From an uncultured Candidatus Binatia bacterium (GTDB lineage Bacteria > Desulfobacterota > Binatia > UBA9968 > JAJDTQ01): 64,000 nt of DNA. Below the pieces are notes generated by a model. The model searched no databases and had not been told where the DNA came from. It saw only the letters and a list, made by a program, of their open reading frames with translations. Location: positions 2,638,103-2,702,102 of the forward strand of contig OZ241979.1 in assembly GCA_965204235.1 (NCBI GenBank), read 5' to 3'. This document shows positions 11,898 to 21,433 of this stretch, piece after piece. The stretch's first letter is position 1. Each line of letters starts with the position of its first letter. The translations under genes were made by a program, and so were the position numbers.

Positions 11898-12932
11898 TTG
11901 AAAGCAGTCCGGATCCATGAGTACGGCGGGGTCGATACGCTCCGCTACGAGGATGCGCCGGACCCGGTCCCGGGCTCCCCGAGGGACGTGGTGGTGCGCC
12001 TCCGGGCCGCGGCGCTGAACCACATCGACCTGTGGAACCGCAAGGGACTCACCGGCATGAAGGTCGAGTTCCCGCACATCCTCGGCGCCGACGGCGCGGG
12101 CGTGGTGGAGGAGGCGGGAAGCGAGGTGACCCACCTGAAGGAGGGCGACGCCGTTTGCATCTATCCTCCGGTGGGGTGCGGCGGCTGCGAGTTCTGCCGC
12201 ACCGCGCGGGACTTCATGTGCGTGCGGCTTCGCGTCCTGGGCGAGGGCATGAAGGGGTCCTATGCCGAGTACGTGACGGTCCCTGGCGTCAACTGCTTCC
12301 CGGCGCCCGAGGGCTACGGGTTCAAGGAGGCCGCGGCGTTCCCGCTGGTGTTCGTCACCGTCTGGCGCATGCTCGTCACCAACGCCCGACTCGCGCCCGG
12401 GGAGAAGGTGCTCATCCTGGGCATCGGCGGCGGCGTGGCCATGGCCGCACTCCAGATCGCCAAGGCCATGAACGCATGGGTGGCGGTCACCTCGAGCAGC
12501 GACGAGAAGGTCGAAGGGGCCCGGCGTCTGGGGGCCGACCACGGCCTGAACTACCGGACCCGCGACTTCGTCCGGGAAATCAGGGACGTCACCGGCAAGA
12601 GGGGCGTGGACGTGGTGGTGGACTGCGTGGGCGGCGATAGCTGGGCCAAGAGCCTCGCGGCCCTCGTCAAGGGAGGCCGTCTGGTCACCTGCGGCGCGAC
12701 CACGGGGGCCAACCCGCCCACGGACATCCGCCGGATCTTCTGGAACCACCTCAGCATCTTCGGATCGACCCTGGGCAGCCGGCAGGAGTTCGAGCAGGTG
12801 CTGCGGTTCGTGGAAGCGGCGAAGATCAAGCCGGTCATCGACAAGAGCTTCCCTCTGGCGGACGCCCGGGCGGCGCAAACGAGGCTCGAGACCGGGCAAC
12901 AGTTCGGGAAGATCATACTGGTTCCGGGGTAG
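11898..12932 (+). CDS. Zn-binding medium-chain dehydrogenase/reductase
   Basis: LNHIDLW, GADGAG, CGGCEFC..C, GIGGGVA. Confidence 0.88.
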   Translation: MKAVRIHEYGGVDTLRYEDAPDPVPGSPRDVVVRLRAAALNHIDLWNRKGLTGMKVEFPHILGADGAGVVEEAGSEVTHLKEGDAVCIYPPVGCGGCEFCRTARDFMCVRLRVLGEGMKGSYAEYVTVPGVNCFPAPEGYGFKEAAAFPLVFVTVWRMLVTNARLAPGEKVLILGIGGGVAMAALQIAKAMNAWVAVTSSSDEKVEGARRLGADHGLNYRTRDFVREIRDVTGKRGVDVVVDCVGGDSWAKSLAALVKGGRLVTCGATTGANPPTDIRRIFWNHLSIFGSTLGSRQEFEQVLRFVEAAKIKPVIDKSFPLADARAAQTRLETGQQFGKIILVPG

Positions 12933-12944
12933 CGTCCTCCGATT

Positions 12945-12980
12945 CCCTCCCCCCTTGAGGGGGAGGGTCAGGGTGGGGGA
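12945..12980. repeat. REP-like palindromic extragenic element
   Basis: CCCTCCCC..CTTGAG..GGGGAGGG hairpin followed by TCAGGGTGGGGG. Confidence 0.5.
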
Positions 12981-13079
12981 CGACGCGGACGGACCAACGG
13001 GTTGCCATCGGCTGGGAGTCCGTCCGTGTGACGGTCCTGCTGCGGAACGGGCCAGCTTCACGTGCGGCGGGATGGGGCC

Positions 13080-13670
13080 ATGCGCATCATTGGCGGCGCC
13101 GCCAGGGGAAGGCGGATCAGGGCGCCCAGGGGGAGCGCCATCCGGCCGACGGCCGACCGGGTGAGGGAGGCGCTGTTCGACATCCTTCCGCGGGACTTGG
13201 CGGGGGTGCGGGTGCTGGACCTGTTCGCAGGGAGCGGAAGCCTGTCGCTGGAGGCGTTGAGCCGGGGGGCGGAGTCGGCCCTGCTGGTGGACGAGTCCGC
13301 GGAGGCTGCGAGGCTGATGCGCCGGAACGTGGAGGCGCTCGGCTTCGCGGACCGAGCGCGGGTATGGCCGCAGCCCGTGGGCAAGGCGTTGCGGCGGCTG
13401 TCCGACGAAGGCGCGGCGTACGACGCGATCTTCCTCGACCCGCCCTACGACCGGGGCTGGGTGGACAAGGCGTTGACCATGATCGGCAGGAACCGGACGC
13501 TGCGGGCGGAGGGCGTTGCCGTGGCCGAGCACAGCGCGAGGGAAAGGGTCGGAGAGCAGTACGGCGAGCTGGTGCGCCGGGACCTTCGCCGGTACGGCGA
13601 CACGGTGCTTTCCTTCTTCGAGTTCGGCTGCCGGGAACAGGGTTCTCCTACATGGCGGAAATCAGCGTAG
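13080..13670 (+). CDS. rsmD: 16S rRNA m2G966 methyltransferase
   Basis: MRIIGG..RPTADRVREALF, LDLFAGSG, DPPY. Confidence 0.93.
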   Translation: MRIIGGAARGRRIRAPRGSAIRPTADRVREALFDILPRDLAGVRVLDLFAGSGSLSLEALSRGAESALLVDESAEAARLMRRNVEALGFADRARVWPQPVGKALRRLSDEGAAYDAIFLDPPYDRGWVDKALTMIGRNRTLRAEGVAVAEHSARERVGEQYGELVRRDLRRYGDTVLSFFEFGCREQGSPTWRKSA

Positions 13671-14200
13671 CAGTCTATCCCGGGTCCTTCGACCCCATCA
13701 CCAACGGCCACGTGGACCTGGTGAGGCGGACGCTCCGGATCTTCGACCGGGTGATCATCGCCATCGCGCGCAACCAGGACAAGGGCCGCGCCCTCTTCAC
13801 GGTGGAGGAGCGCATGGCCACGGTGCAACGGGTGTTCGAGTCCGAGGAGCGCGTGCGCGTGGACAGCTTCGAGGGGCTGCTGGTGGACTACGCGGAGACG
13901 GTGTCCGCCAAGGTGTTCATCCGCGGGCTGCGGGCGGTGTCGGACTTCGAGTACGAGTTCCAGATGGCCACCATGAACCGGCGGCTCAAGCGCGACCTGG
14001 AGACTTTCTTCATGATGACGGGAGAGTCCTCTTTCTACATCAGCTCGCGGCTGGTCAAGGAGGTGGCGGAGTTGGGCGGCGACGTGGCCGCGTTCGTCCC
14101 GGAGGTGGTCCTCGCGCAGCTTCGGGAGAAGTTCCCTCGGCAGGGGGCGGGCGTCGAGCAGGGGGCGGGCGCGAAGGGGGTCCGTTCCCGGACGGGTTGA
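13652..14200 (+). CDS. coaD: Phosphopantetheine adenylyltransferase
   Basis: YPGSFDPITNGH, RGLRAVSDFEYE, ISSRLVKE. Confidence 0.96.
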   Translation: MAEISVAVYPGSFDPITNGHVDLVRRTLRIFDRVIIAIARNQDKGRALFTVEERMATVQRVFESEERVRVDSFEGLLVDYAETVSAKVFIRGLRAVSDFEYEFQMATMNRRLKRDLETFFMMTGESSFYISSRLVKEVAELGGDVAAFVPEVVLAQLREKFPRQGAGVEQGAGAKGVRSRTG

Positions 14201-14225
14201 CAGCGCCCCGGCGACGGGCTACAAA
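14197..14225 (+). promoter_or_regulatory. sigma70 promoter of tRNA
   Basis: TTGACA-N17-TACAAA. Confidence 0.6.
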
Positions 14226-14230
14226 CATCC

Positions 14231-14307
14231 TGCGGGGTGGAGCAGCCCGGTAGCTCGCAAGGCTCATAACCTTGAGGTCGGTGGTTCAAATCCACCCCCC
14301 GCAACCA
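14231..14307 (+). tRNA. tRNA-Met(CAT), initiator type
   Basis: Full cloverleaf, CAT anticodon, A11-U24, GTTCAAATC T-loop, encoded CCA; close to the E. coli tRNA-fMet sequence. Confidence 0.93.
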
Positions 14308-14344
14308 CCACTCCTCGAACCCGCGCCCTGAACGCATCCACCGC

Positions 14345-15097
14345 ATGAAAGTCCACGAACGAGTGCTCACGCCCGAAAGGGACGGGATCTACGGTTACTT
14401 GGCTCATCCGGAGCGGGATCGGCCGGGTCCGGCCCTGCTCATGATCCACCAGAACACCGGGCTGACCGACTACCAGAAAATCGAGGCGCTCAAGTTCGCC
14501 CATCTCGGCTACACGGTGGTGGCGCCGAACGTGTATTCGCTGCTCGGCCACCCGGCCGAGACCCACATCCACACGGGCCGCCAGATCCAGGCCCGCACCA
14601 GCGACGCCGACTTCGTCCGCGTCATCGGACAGGGCTGGGACTACCTCACTTCCCGGAGCGACGTGGACCCCGGCCGCGTGGCCGTGTCCGGCTACTGCAT
14701 GGGCGGGCGCATCGCCATCCACTTCGTTGCGGCCACGCCCGAGGTCCGGGCCTTCGTCGGCTACTACCCCACGGTCCGCGACGAGCTCGCCACGGAACTG
14801 CGGCCCGTGCATCCCTGTGACGCCGCGCGCAACATCCGCTGCCCGTCCATCATCCTGTACGGGGTGGACGACCGCATCTCCACCGTGCCCATCCAGCAAC
14901 GGGTGTGGGAGAGCTTCCTCGCCAACGGGCAGAGCCTGGAGTGGCACTTCTTCCCCTTCGGCGGCCACGGGTTCGTGGACCCGGGCACCCAGGGCTACCA
15001 TCCCCACGCGGCCAAGCTGTCATGGCCCTTGGTGGTGGACTTCATGGCGCGGGAGCTCGACAACGAAGCCCACGGCCTGACCTTCTCCGAAAACTGA
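14345..15097 (+). CDS. Dienelactone hydrolase family protein
   Basis: GYCMGG nucleophile elbow, HGF motif. Confidence 0.88.
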   Translation: MKVHERVLTPERDGIYGYLAHPERDRPGPALLMIHQNTGLTDYQKIEALKFAHLGYTVVAPNVYSLLGHPAETHIHTGRQIQARTSDADFVRVIGQGWDYLTSRSDVDPGRVAVSGYCMGGRIAIHFVAATPEVRAFVGYYPTVRDELATELRPVHPCDAARNIRCPSIILYGVDDRISTVPIQQRVWESFLANGQSLEWHFFPFGGHGFVDPGTQGYHPHAAKLSWPLVVDFMARELDNEAHGLTFSEN

Positions 15098-15131
15098 ACG
15101 GAAGCGGGAGTCGTGGGGACGGGGCGGTCGG

Positions 15132-15644
15132 TCAGAGCTTGGCCAAGCGCTCCTGGCGCACGCGCTCGGCCTTGGAGAGCCTTCGGGGGTTGCCCTTCTT
15201 GCGGTCGCCGGCTCTCCGGAGGGTCGGTTCGGGTTCCTCATCGCTCCGGGGCGGGTCGGTCGCCGGGTCCGTCCGCATCTTCTCGATGAACTCTCCCACG
15301 TACACCGCCACCGCGCCGCCGGACTCGACGCTCCTGCGCAGGTCCCGGTCCGAAGTGACCACCACGCACGCGGAACCCATCTCCCGGGCAAGGCGCTCGA
15401 TCACCGCGTCGGCCTTCTCCCCGTAGCGGGAGAACACCACAGTGACGTTCCCCACCCGTTGCGTCGTCTCGTCCCGGCGTCCGGCGCGCCAGCCGTCGAA
15501 GACCGCGGTCAGGACGTGGCCGGTGCGCGCCTGGTACCGCGCGACCTCCTCGATGAGCTCGGCCCGCTTCCGTTCCAGGTCGCCGCGCAATCCCTGTTCA
15601 CTGCCGATGACGTTGTAGCCGTCAACCACGATCTGGAACGGCAT
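15132..15644 (-). CDS. NYN-domain (YacP/Rae1-like) ribonuclease
   Basis: IVVDGYNVI, VFDG, ADAVI, VVTSDR. Confidence 0.85.
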   Translation of the reverse strand: MPFQIVVDGYNVIGSEQGLRGDLERKRAELIEEVARYQARTGHVLTAVFDGWRAGRRDETTQRVGNVTVVFSRYGEKADAVIERLAREMGSACVVVTSDRDLRRSVESGGAVAVYVGEFIEKMRTDPATDPPRSDEEPEPTLRRAGDRKKGNPRRLSKAERVRQERLAKL

Positions 15645-15847
15645 GGGTCCTTTCTCCGTCGTGCGTTTCCATGGGTCCGGTTCGTCCATGGATCGTAGCC
15701 AATAACCGTTCCAAAGCCAAGGGTTCACTACGGGAAGAAATGATGGCGGTACGAGATGGGGGACGGTCGAGTCGGGCTGGAAACGCAAGCCGTTCGGTGT
15801 TTCACGCCGCCTTCACGCCGCCGCATGGAGACGGCGCAGTCTGAAAG

Positions 15848-15876
15848 TTGATTGCGTTTCCGGTCCGTGTTACTGT
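15848..15876 (+). promoter_or_regulatory. Putative promoter of parA-like operon
   Basis: TTGATT-N17-TACTGT with TGn extension. Confidence 0.45.
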
Positions 15877-15957
15877 CCATTACCTTGGCGCTTCTCCTTG
15901 CGGCCGTCGCCCGCGGCGACCCGCAATCCGCGCTCGCTCAGTTGAATCGGTTGGGAG

Positions 15958-16833
15958 TTGAAGGTGGCGACTCGCGGTCCGGTGTGCATATCGGTCATCA
16001 ACCTCAAGGGCGGTGTGGGCAAAACCACCGTCGCGGCCCTTCTCGGTCGCTATGCGTCCATCCGTCTCCGTCTGGATGTGCTGGCCATAGACCTCGACCC
16101 GCAGGCAAACTTGTCACAGGCGCTCATGGGCGACCGATATAAACGGTTCCTGGCTGACAGGAACCCGTCTATCGTCGAGGTATTCAAGGGGCATGGACCA
16201 CCGAGCGATGAGAAGCCGGGTCCAAGCCGCCTCAACCTCAAGGACGTTGTTGTGGGAGACACCCAGCTCGGAGGCAAAAGGCTGAAGTTGATCCCTTCGA
16301 GGTTCGATTTTGCCGACAAACTCATGGGTGCGACCCATGATGCTGGCGAAGGGATCCTGGCTGATGTCATTGCGAAAGGCTTTCAAGCAAAGGACGTCAT
16401 AATCATCGACTGCGCTCCTACCGAATCGATCCTGACGCGCATTGCATATCAGGCATCTCGTTACGTCCTGGTGCCCGTTCGTCCAGAGTTCTTTGCCACC
16501 ATTGGTTTCCCGCTCCTGCGGGATTCCCTTGCCGATTTCAAGCAGCACAATAGAGGCCATAGGATAGACGTGATAGGGGTGGTCATCAACAACTCCTCAT
16601 ACCACTATAGCGGAAACAGGGGAGGGCCGGAACGAAGACGTTCCATGAACGAGATAAAGGAAGAGGCGTCGGCCAACGGATGGCGCATATTCGAAACGCA
16701 GTTACCATTCTCTCGGGGATTTCCCAAGATGATGCGCGGCGACTTCGGATCGCCAGGAGATGCTTTGCAATTCCGGTACTTCGCAGAGGAGTTCTTCAAG
16801 AGGCTCGGGATTCAAGCGGACGAAACGACATGA
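15958..16833 (+). CDS. ParA/Soj-family ATPase (orphan)
   Basis: NLKGGVGKTT deviant Walker A, DLDPQANLS, IIDCAP; lower GC than flanks. Confidence 0.88.
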   Translation: MKVATRGPVCISVINLKGGVGKTTVAALLGRYASIRLRLDVLAIDLDPQANLSQALMGDRYKRFLADRNPSIVEVFKGHGPPSDEKPGPSRLNLKDVVVGDTQLGGKRLKLIPSRFDFADKLMGATHDAGEGILADVIAKGFQAKDVIIIDCAPTESILTRIAYQASRYVLVPVRPEFFATIGFPLLRDSLADFKQHNRGHRIDVIGVVINNSSYHYSGNRGGPERRRSMNEIKEEASANGWRIFETQLPFSRGFPKMMRGDFGSPGDALQFRYFAEEFFKRLGIQADETT

Positions 16834-17384
16834 ATGAAAGGAATCTCAAGTCCGAGCTCTCGTCGATGGTGCGTATTTACGGCATCGACAGGGTCTTTCG
16901 CTCTCTGGAGGAAATCCGGACGTCCAACGTCACGGCGGACGTCGTCGATCCCGAGCGTTCCAGGGAACGACGACACCCGAAAACCGGGAGAAGCAGAGCA
17001 AGACCCACGGCTCTTGACTATATCGACAGGATGGACGTGGCAACCACCAAGAAGGCGGCGTTGGTCGAGCTGGGCAGGCGCTTTCAGAACAAGACATTTC
17101 TACCGAATTTCGGGGACATCAGGAATTTCTGCCAGATTTACGGTATCGAGGAGCCGGCCTCCAAGTCGCGTACAAGCGCAATGCCAAGGATCTTCAAGTT
17201 CATTGCAGCCATGAGTGTAGGGGACATAAGGAAGATGGTGGACGAGGACCTGTTCTCGGGGCCGTCGCAGCTAGGCCCCATCGCGGAGGCGATCCGCAGG
17301 AGCGGGCGAGCGTCCAAGCGCCGGGAGACGGGCGACGCGAGTGGAGGCTTGAAGTTCGGATTAACCAAGGAAAGCGAGTTCTGA
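16830..17384 (+). CDS. Hypothetical protein (184 aa) coupled to ParA
   Basis: ATGA overlap with the ParA stop; MNERNLKSEL...; same composition as the ParA gene. Confidence 0.7.
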   Translation: MNERNLKSELSSMVRIYGIDRVFRSLEEIRTSNVTADVVDPERSRERRHPKTGRSRARPTALDYIDRMDVATTKKAALVELGRRFQNKTFLPNFGDIRNFCQIYGIEEPASKSRTSAMPRIFKFIAAMSVGDIRKMVDEDLFSGPSQLGPIAEAIRRSGRASKRRETGDASGGLKFGLTKESEF

Positions 17385-17387
17385 GCG

Positions 17388-18551
17388 ATGTTCAACCCGG
17401 CTCGACGCATCAGCGAGTTGCCGCCGTATCTGTTCGCCGAGATCGACCGCAAGAAACGCGCGGCCCTGGAAAAGGGAATCGATCTCATCGACCTGGGGAT
17501 CGGGGACCCGGACATTCCCACGCCCGGAAGGATCATCCAGGCGCTTTCGCAGGCCGCGGTCAAGCCGGTCAACCACCGTTATCCGAGCAGCGCGGGAATG
17601 ATGGCGTTCCGCCGGGCGGTGGCCGACTGGTACGGGCGGCGCTTCGGCGTCGCGCTGGACCCCGCTTCGGAGGTGGTCTCGCTCATCGGGTCCAAGGAAG
17701 GCGTCGCCAACATGGCGGTGGCCTACGTGGACCCCGGGGACGTGGTCCTCGTGCCCACGCCTTCCTATCCGGTGTATGAGATCGGCGCCAAGTTCAACGG
17801 CGGCGAGGTCTTCTTCCTGCCGCTCCGGCGCGAGAACGGGTTCCTCCCGGACCTTTCGAGCATCCCCCCGGACGTGCTCGGCCGCGCGAAGATGTTATGG
17901 CTCAACTACCCCAACAACCCCACCGGCGCGGTAACCGACGAGGGCTTCTTCCGGGAAGCGGTGGAGTTCGCCCGCCGCAACAAGATCATCCTGTGCCATG
18001 ACGCCGCATATACGGAGGTGGGCTTCGACGGGTACCGCCCCCCGAGCCTGTTGGAAGTGGAGGGGGCGAAGGAAGTCGCCATCGAGTTCCATTCGCTGTC
18101 CAAGACCTTCAACATGACCGGCTGGCGCATCGGCATGGCCGTGGGCAACCGGGATCTCGTGGGAACGCTGGGGCGGGTGAAGTCCAACGTGGACTCCGGG
18201 GTCTTCCAGCCGGTGCAGGAAGCGGGCATACTCGCCCTGGAGCACGCGGAAGAGTTCCTCGCGCCCATCCGCGAAGTCTATCAGGAGAGGCGGGATACGG
18301 TGGTGGACGGCTTCCGCCGGGCGGGCTTCGAGCTTCCAGCGCCCCGGGCGACGTTCTACGTTTGGCTTCCCGTGCCCCAAGGATGGACTTCGGCCGACTT
18401 CACCGCCCGGCTCCTGGACGAGGCCGGCATCGTGACCACTCCCGGCAACGGCTTCGGCGAACCCGGGGAAGGCTTCATCCGGCTCACGCTGTGTTCCCCC
18501 GCGGACCGTCTGCAAGAAGCGGTGGAAAGGGTCCAGCGCGTGACCCTCTAG
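17388..18551 (+). CDS. dapL: LL-diaminopimelate aminotransferase (class I/II PLP)
   Basis: LPPYLFAEID, LGIGDPD, LNYPNNPTGA, HSLSKTFNMTGWRIG. Confidence 0.85.
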   Translation: MFNPARRISELPPYLFAEIDRKKRAALEKGIDLIDLGIGDPDIPTPGRIIQALSQAAVKPVNHRYPSSAGMMAFRRAVADWYGRRFGVALDPASEVVSLIGSKEGVANMAVAYVDPGDVVLVPTPSYPVYEIGAKFNGGEVFFLPLRRENGFLPDLSSIPPDVLGRAKMLWLNYPNNPTGAVTDEGFFREAVEFARRNKIILCHDAAYTEVGFDGYRPPSLLEVEGAKEVAIEFHSLSKTFNMTGWRIGMAVGNRDLVGTLGRVKSNVDSGVFQPVQEAGILALEHAEEFLAPIREVYQERRDTVVDGFRRAGFELPAPRATFYVWLPVPQGWTSADFTARLLDEAGIVTTPGNGFGEPGEGFIRLTLCSPADRLQEAVERVQRVTL

Positions 18552-18556
18552 CGTCC

Positions 18557-19060
18557 GTGCCGCATCGCGCCTACATCGGGGTCGGGTCGAACCAGGGGGA
18601 GAAAGAGGAAAACTGCCGCCGCGCCGCAAGGGAGGTCGGTGGGCTCCCGGAGACCCGGGTGCGAGAGGTCTCGGCCTTGTACGCCACCGAACCCTGGGGT
18701 CCGGCGTCGGAGTGGTACGTGAACGGCGTCCTCGGGATCGAAACGGGCTTGGGACCGCAGGACCTCTTGAAGCACTGTCAACGGGTCGAAAGGAAGATGG
18801 GACGCCGGCCCGCCGCGGTGCGCTGGGCCGACCGGATCATCGACCTGGACATTCTCTTCTTCGATGATATGATCCTGGAAGTACCCGATTTGATCCTTCC
18901 CCACCCGGAGTTGCACCGGCGCCGGTTCGTGCTCGTCCCGCTGTGCGAGGTGGCGCCGGACCGGAAGCACCCCCGGCTGGGCTTGGACGTGCGGTCTCTG
19001 CTGGCCCAGGTGGAAGACGGCAGGCGGGTCCATGAGACCTCTCTCCTGCGAGGCGCATGA
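18557..19060 (+). CDS. folK: 6-hydroxymethyl-7,8-dihydropterin pyrophosphokinase
   Basis: AYIGVGSN, RWADRIIDLDIL, LPHPELH.RRFVLVPL. Confidence 0.93.
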   Translation: MPHRAYIGVGSNQGEKEENCRRAAREVGGLPETRVREVSALYATEPWGPASEWYVNGVLGIETGLGPQDLLKHCQRVERKMGRRPAAVRWADRIIDLDILFFDDMILEVPDLILPHPELHRRRFVLVPLCEVAPDRKHPRLGLDVRSLLAQVEDGRRVHETSLLRGA

Positions 19061-19092
19061 GTTGCGGCGGTCATCCACGGCGGTAATGTGAC

Positions 19093-19323
19093 ATGATCCT
19101 CAAGCTGCTCATACTGGCCTTGCTCGTCTATCTGCTGCTGGTGGTGGTCTATTCGAGCGTGAGAGGACGAAAGAGCGGGTCCGCGGATTCTTCCCGCGGA
19201 GAAACCATGGTCCTCGACCCCCACTGCAAGAGCTACGTCCCCCGGAACGAGGCCTACCAGTCCCGGGGCCACTATTTCTGCAGCGAGGAGTGCGCACGGG
19301 CCTACGTTTCGCAGGAGGCGTAG
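19093..19323 (+). CDS. Small membrane protein with TRASH/YHS-like metal-binding tail
   Basis: N-terminal TM helix; MVLDPHC..YVP..YFCSEEC. Confidence 0.75.
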   Translation: MILKLLILALLVYLLLVVVYSSVRGRKSGSADSSRGETMVLDPHCKSYVPRNEAYQSRGHYFCSEECARAYVSQEA

Positions 19324-19397
19324 GGGATGCCGGTTCGAGAGGAAGTGCAGTCCGGGATCTTGCCAGAGGACGCGACGCGCGTGCCAGGGTTCTGAGC

Positions 19398-20225
19398 ATG
19401 TGGTCAAAATCCGAGTTCAAAGCTGAATTGCGCGAACTGGCTGCGAGTCTCACGGATCACGCAAGCACCAGCGACGGCCAGTGGACGGTAAAGGGATTCA
19501 TCGACACCTTCAAGAACGTCTATACCATTTCGTCGGACACCAAGGTCGTCTCCAAGATTCTGGAAATTCATCTCTTCCCCAGGATCCATGCTTTTGCGGA
19601 ACAGCATGGATTCGCCGTCGTCTTTGCAGAGCATCAGAATTACTATCCTGACATATCGTTCGTCTCGAAGGATGATGAATCCATCAAATTCGCGTTGGAC
19701 TTCAAGACGACCTATCGGATGCCTGATAGACCGTGGCTTTGCAACGGCTTTACACTCGGTTCCCACGGCAGGTATTTCAAGGAACGGGCGAGCACAAAGA
19801 ACATCCAGTTCCCTTATGGTTCCTATTCAGCCCATTTCTGTCTCGGAATCATCTATGACCGCACACGAGGCGCCAGAGTTGACGAGACGAAGTGTCACGC
19901 GATTGGAGAACTCCATTCCATCACTTCGGTCATCTCGAATATCCAGTTTTTCGTAGCCGAGAAGTGGAAAATCGCGGGAGACAAGGGCGGCTCGGGCAAC
20001 ACTGCGAATATCGGAAGCATCCAACGAATTGGCGACATCCTGTCAGAGAACGGGATGTTCGCCAACCTGGGAGAAGAATGGTTCAACGACTACTGGATGA
20101 ACTTCGGCAAGATTACTGTCCATGATGAATCTGGACGGACAAGGAAGATCACGTCCCTGGAAGAGTTCGTCGTTTATCGCGGCGGTGACGTTTCTCTCAT
20201 CATCCCGAGGAACAATCTCGAATGA
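19398..20225 (+). CDS. Type II restriction endonuclease, EcoRV family
   Basis: SDTKVVSKILE, QNYYPD..ALDFKTTY, FTLG, KW.IAGD..GSGNTANIGSI match R.EcoRV motifs as recalled. Confidence 0.85.
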   Translation: MWSKSEFKAELRELAASLTDHASTSDGQWTVKGFIDTFKNVYTISSDTKVVSKILEIHLFPRIHAFAEQHGFAVVFAEHQNYYPDISFVSKDDESIKFALDFKTTYRMPDRPWLCNGFTLGSHGRYFKERASTKNIQFPYGSYSAHFCLGIIYDRTRGARVDETKCHAIGELHSITSVISNIQFFVAEKWKIAGDKGGSGNTANIGSIQRIGDILSENGMFANLGEEWFNDYWMNFGKITVHDESGRTRKITSLEEFVVYRGGDVSLIIPRNNLE

Positions 20226-21169
20226 GCACGTATCGAACCATCGTTCCGCCAATCAAATGCCAGGGTATCAAGACCAGGCTCGTGCCCTGGATTCGGGCAG
20301 TGATTCCGTCCGATTTCGATGGAAGGTGGATCGAGCCTTTCATGGGGTCCGGAGTCGTTGCGTTCAACGTCCGTCCAAGTCAGGCAGTTTTGGCGGACTC
20401 GAATCCCCACCTGATCAACTTCTATAGGGCAATCGCAGACAGGAAGATTACTTCCACTTCAGTACGCAGGTTTCTGAAGAAGGAAGGTTCTGCGCTACTG
20501 CGCTCCGGAGAGCAACACTACTACACGATCCGCGATCGGTTCAATCGTTATCATGATCCGATGGATTTCCTGTTCCTGAACCGAGCCTGTTTCAACGGAC
20601 TGATTCGCTTCAACCATGACGGCCAGTTCAATGTTCCGTTCTGTCGCAAGCCGGGTCGTTTTTCCCAGGCGTACATCACGAAGATCTCCAACCAGGTCCG
20701 GGCGGTTTCGGACATACTGAGCCTTGGAGATTACGAGTTTGTCTGTCGGGATTTTTCCAACACGCTTGCCGCTGCCAGGTGTGGAGATTTCCTCTACTGC
20801 GATCCTCCGTACATTGCGCGTCATTCCGACTATTTCAATGGGTGGGACGAACAATGCGAAAGAGAGATGGCGGCCTTGCTGTCCTCTGCGCCATGCAGGT
20901 TCATTCTTTCAACATGGCACAGCAACGATTTTCGAGAAAACGAGTTCATAGACAGCCTGTGGTCGGATTTCCATCTCCTGACCAGGGAGCACTTCTACCA
21001 TGTCGGGGCCAAGGAGGATAACCGAAACCTAGTGATCGAGGCGCTGCTCACGAATTTCCACGTGACGCTGTACGAAGCGCCTGAAGAAGCGGTGGAGCAA
21101 CTGATGCTTCTCGAAACCGGCGCAAAGTACGATGATGCGCCAAGTCTTGGTCCAAGTCCGGTCGAATGA
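20222..21169 (+). CDS. Dam/D12-class N6-adenine DNA methyltransferase, M.EcoRV-like
   Basis: VPPIKCQGIKT.LVP, EPFMGSG, FLFLNR.CFNG..RFN, DPPY. Confidence 0.9.
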   Translation: MSTYRTIVPPIKCQGIKTRLVPWIRAVIPSDFDGRWIEPFMGSGVVAFNVRPSQAVLADSNPHLINFYRAIADRKITSTSVRRFLKKEGSALLRSGEQHYYTIRDRFNRYHDPMDFLFLNRACFNGLIRFNHDGQFNVPFCRKPGRFSQAYITKISNQVRAVSDILSLGDYEFVCRDFSNTLAAARCGDFLYCDPPYIARHSDYFNGWDEQCEREMAALLSSAPCRFILSTWHSNDFRENEFIDSLWSDFHLLTREHFYHVGAKEDNRNLVIEALLTNFHVTLYEAPEEAVEQLMLLETGAKYDDAPSLGPSPVE

Positions 21170-21184
21170 CGTGGGAAGCAGGCA

Positions 21185-21433
21185 ATGCACGAAAAGATAC
21201 AGGTGGAAGTGGACGCCAATTTTGAAGCCTTCCAGGAGGTGCTCCCGGACTTGATGTCCAAGCAGGCCAATCGCTGGGCATTGATGAGGCACGGCGAGTG
21301 TATCGGGTTCTACGACACGTTGCGTGACGCCCACGTAGCCGCTCGGGCACTGTACGACGACGGTTTGTTCTCCGTGCAGCAGGTGTCGTACGCCGTGGTG
21401 GACTTGGGTTGGTTTTCGCATGGCGTGTATTAG
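21185..21433 (+). CDS. Small hypothetical protein (DUF5678-like)
   Basis: 82 aa, N.EAF...LP.L....RWALM.HGE..GFYDT..DA; GGAAGCAGG upstream. Confidence 0.6.
   Translation: MHEKIQVEVDANFEAFQEVLPDLMSKQANRWALMRHGECIGFYDTLRDAHVAARALYDDGLFSVQQVSYAVVDLGWFSHGVY

Noticed and set aside
15886-15901. sigma54 promoter TGGCGC..TTGC before parA
   Set aside because: GG-to-GC spacing is 11 nt, not the required 10.
14231-17384. tRNA-targeted integrative element carrying parA
   Set aside because: No integrase, no duplicated tRNA 3' end seen, and host-like genes lie between the tRNA and parA.
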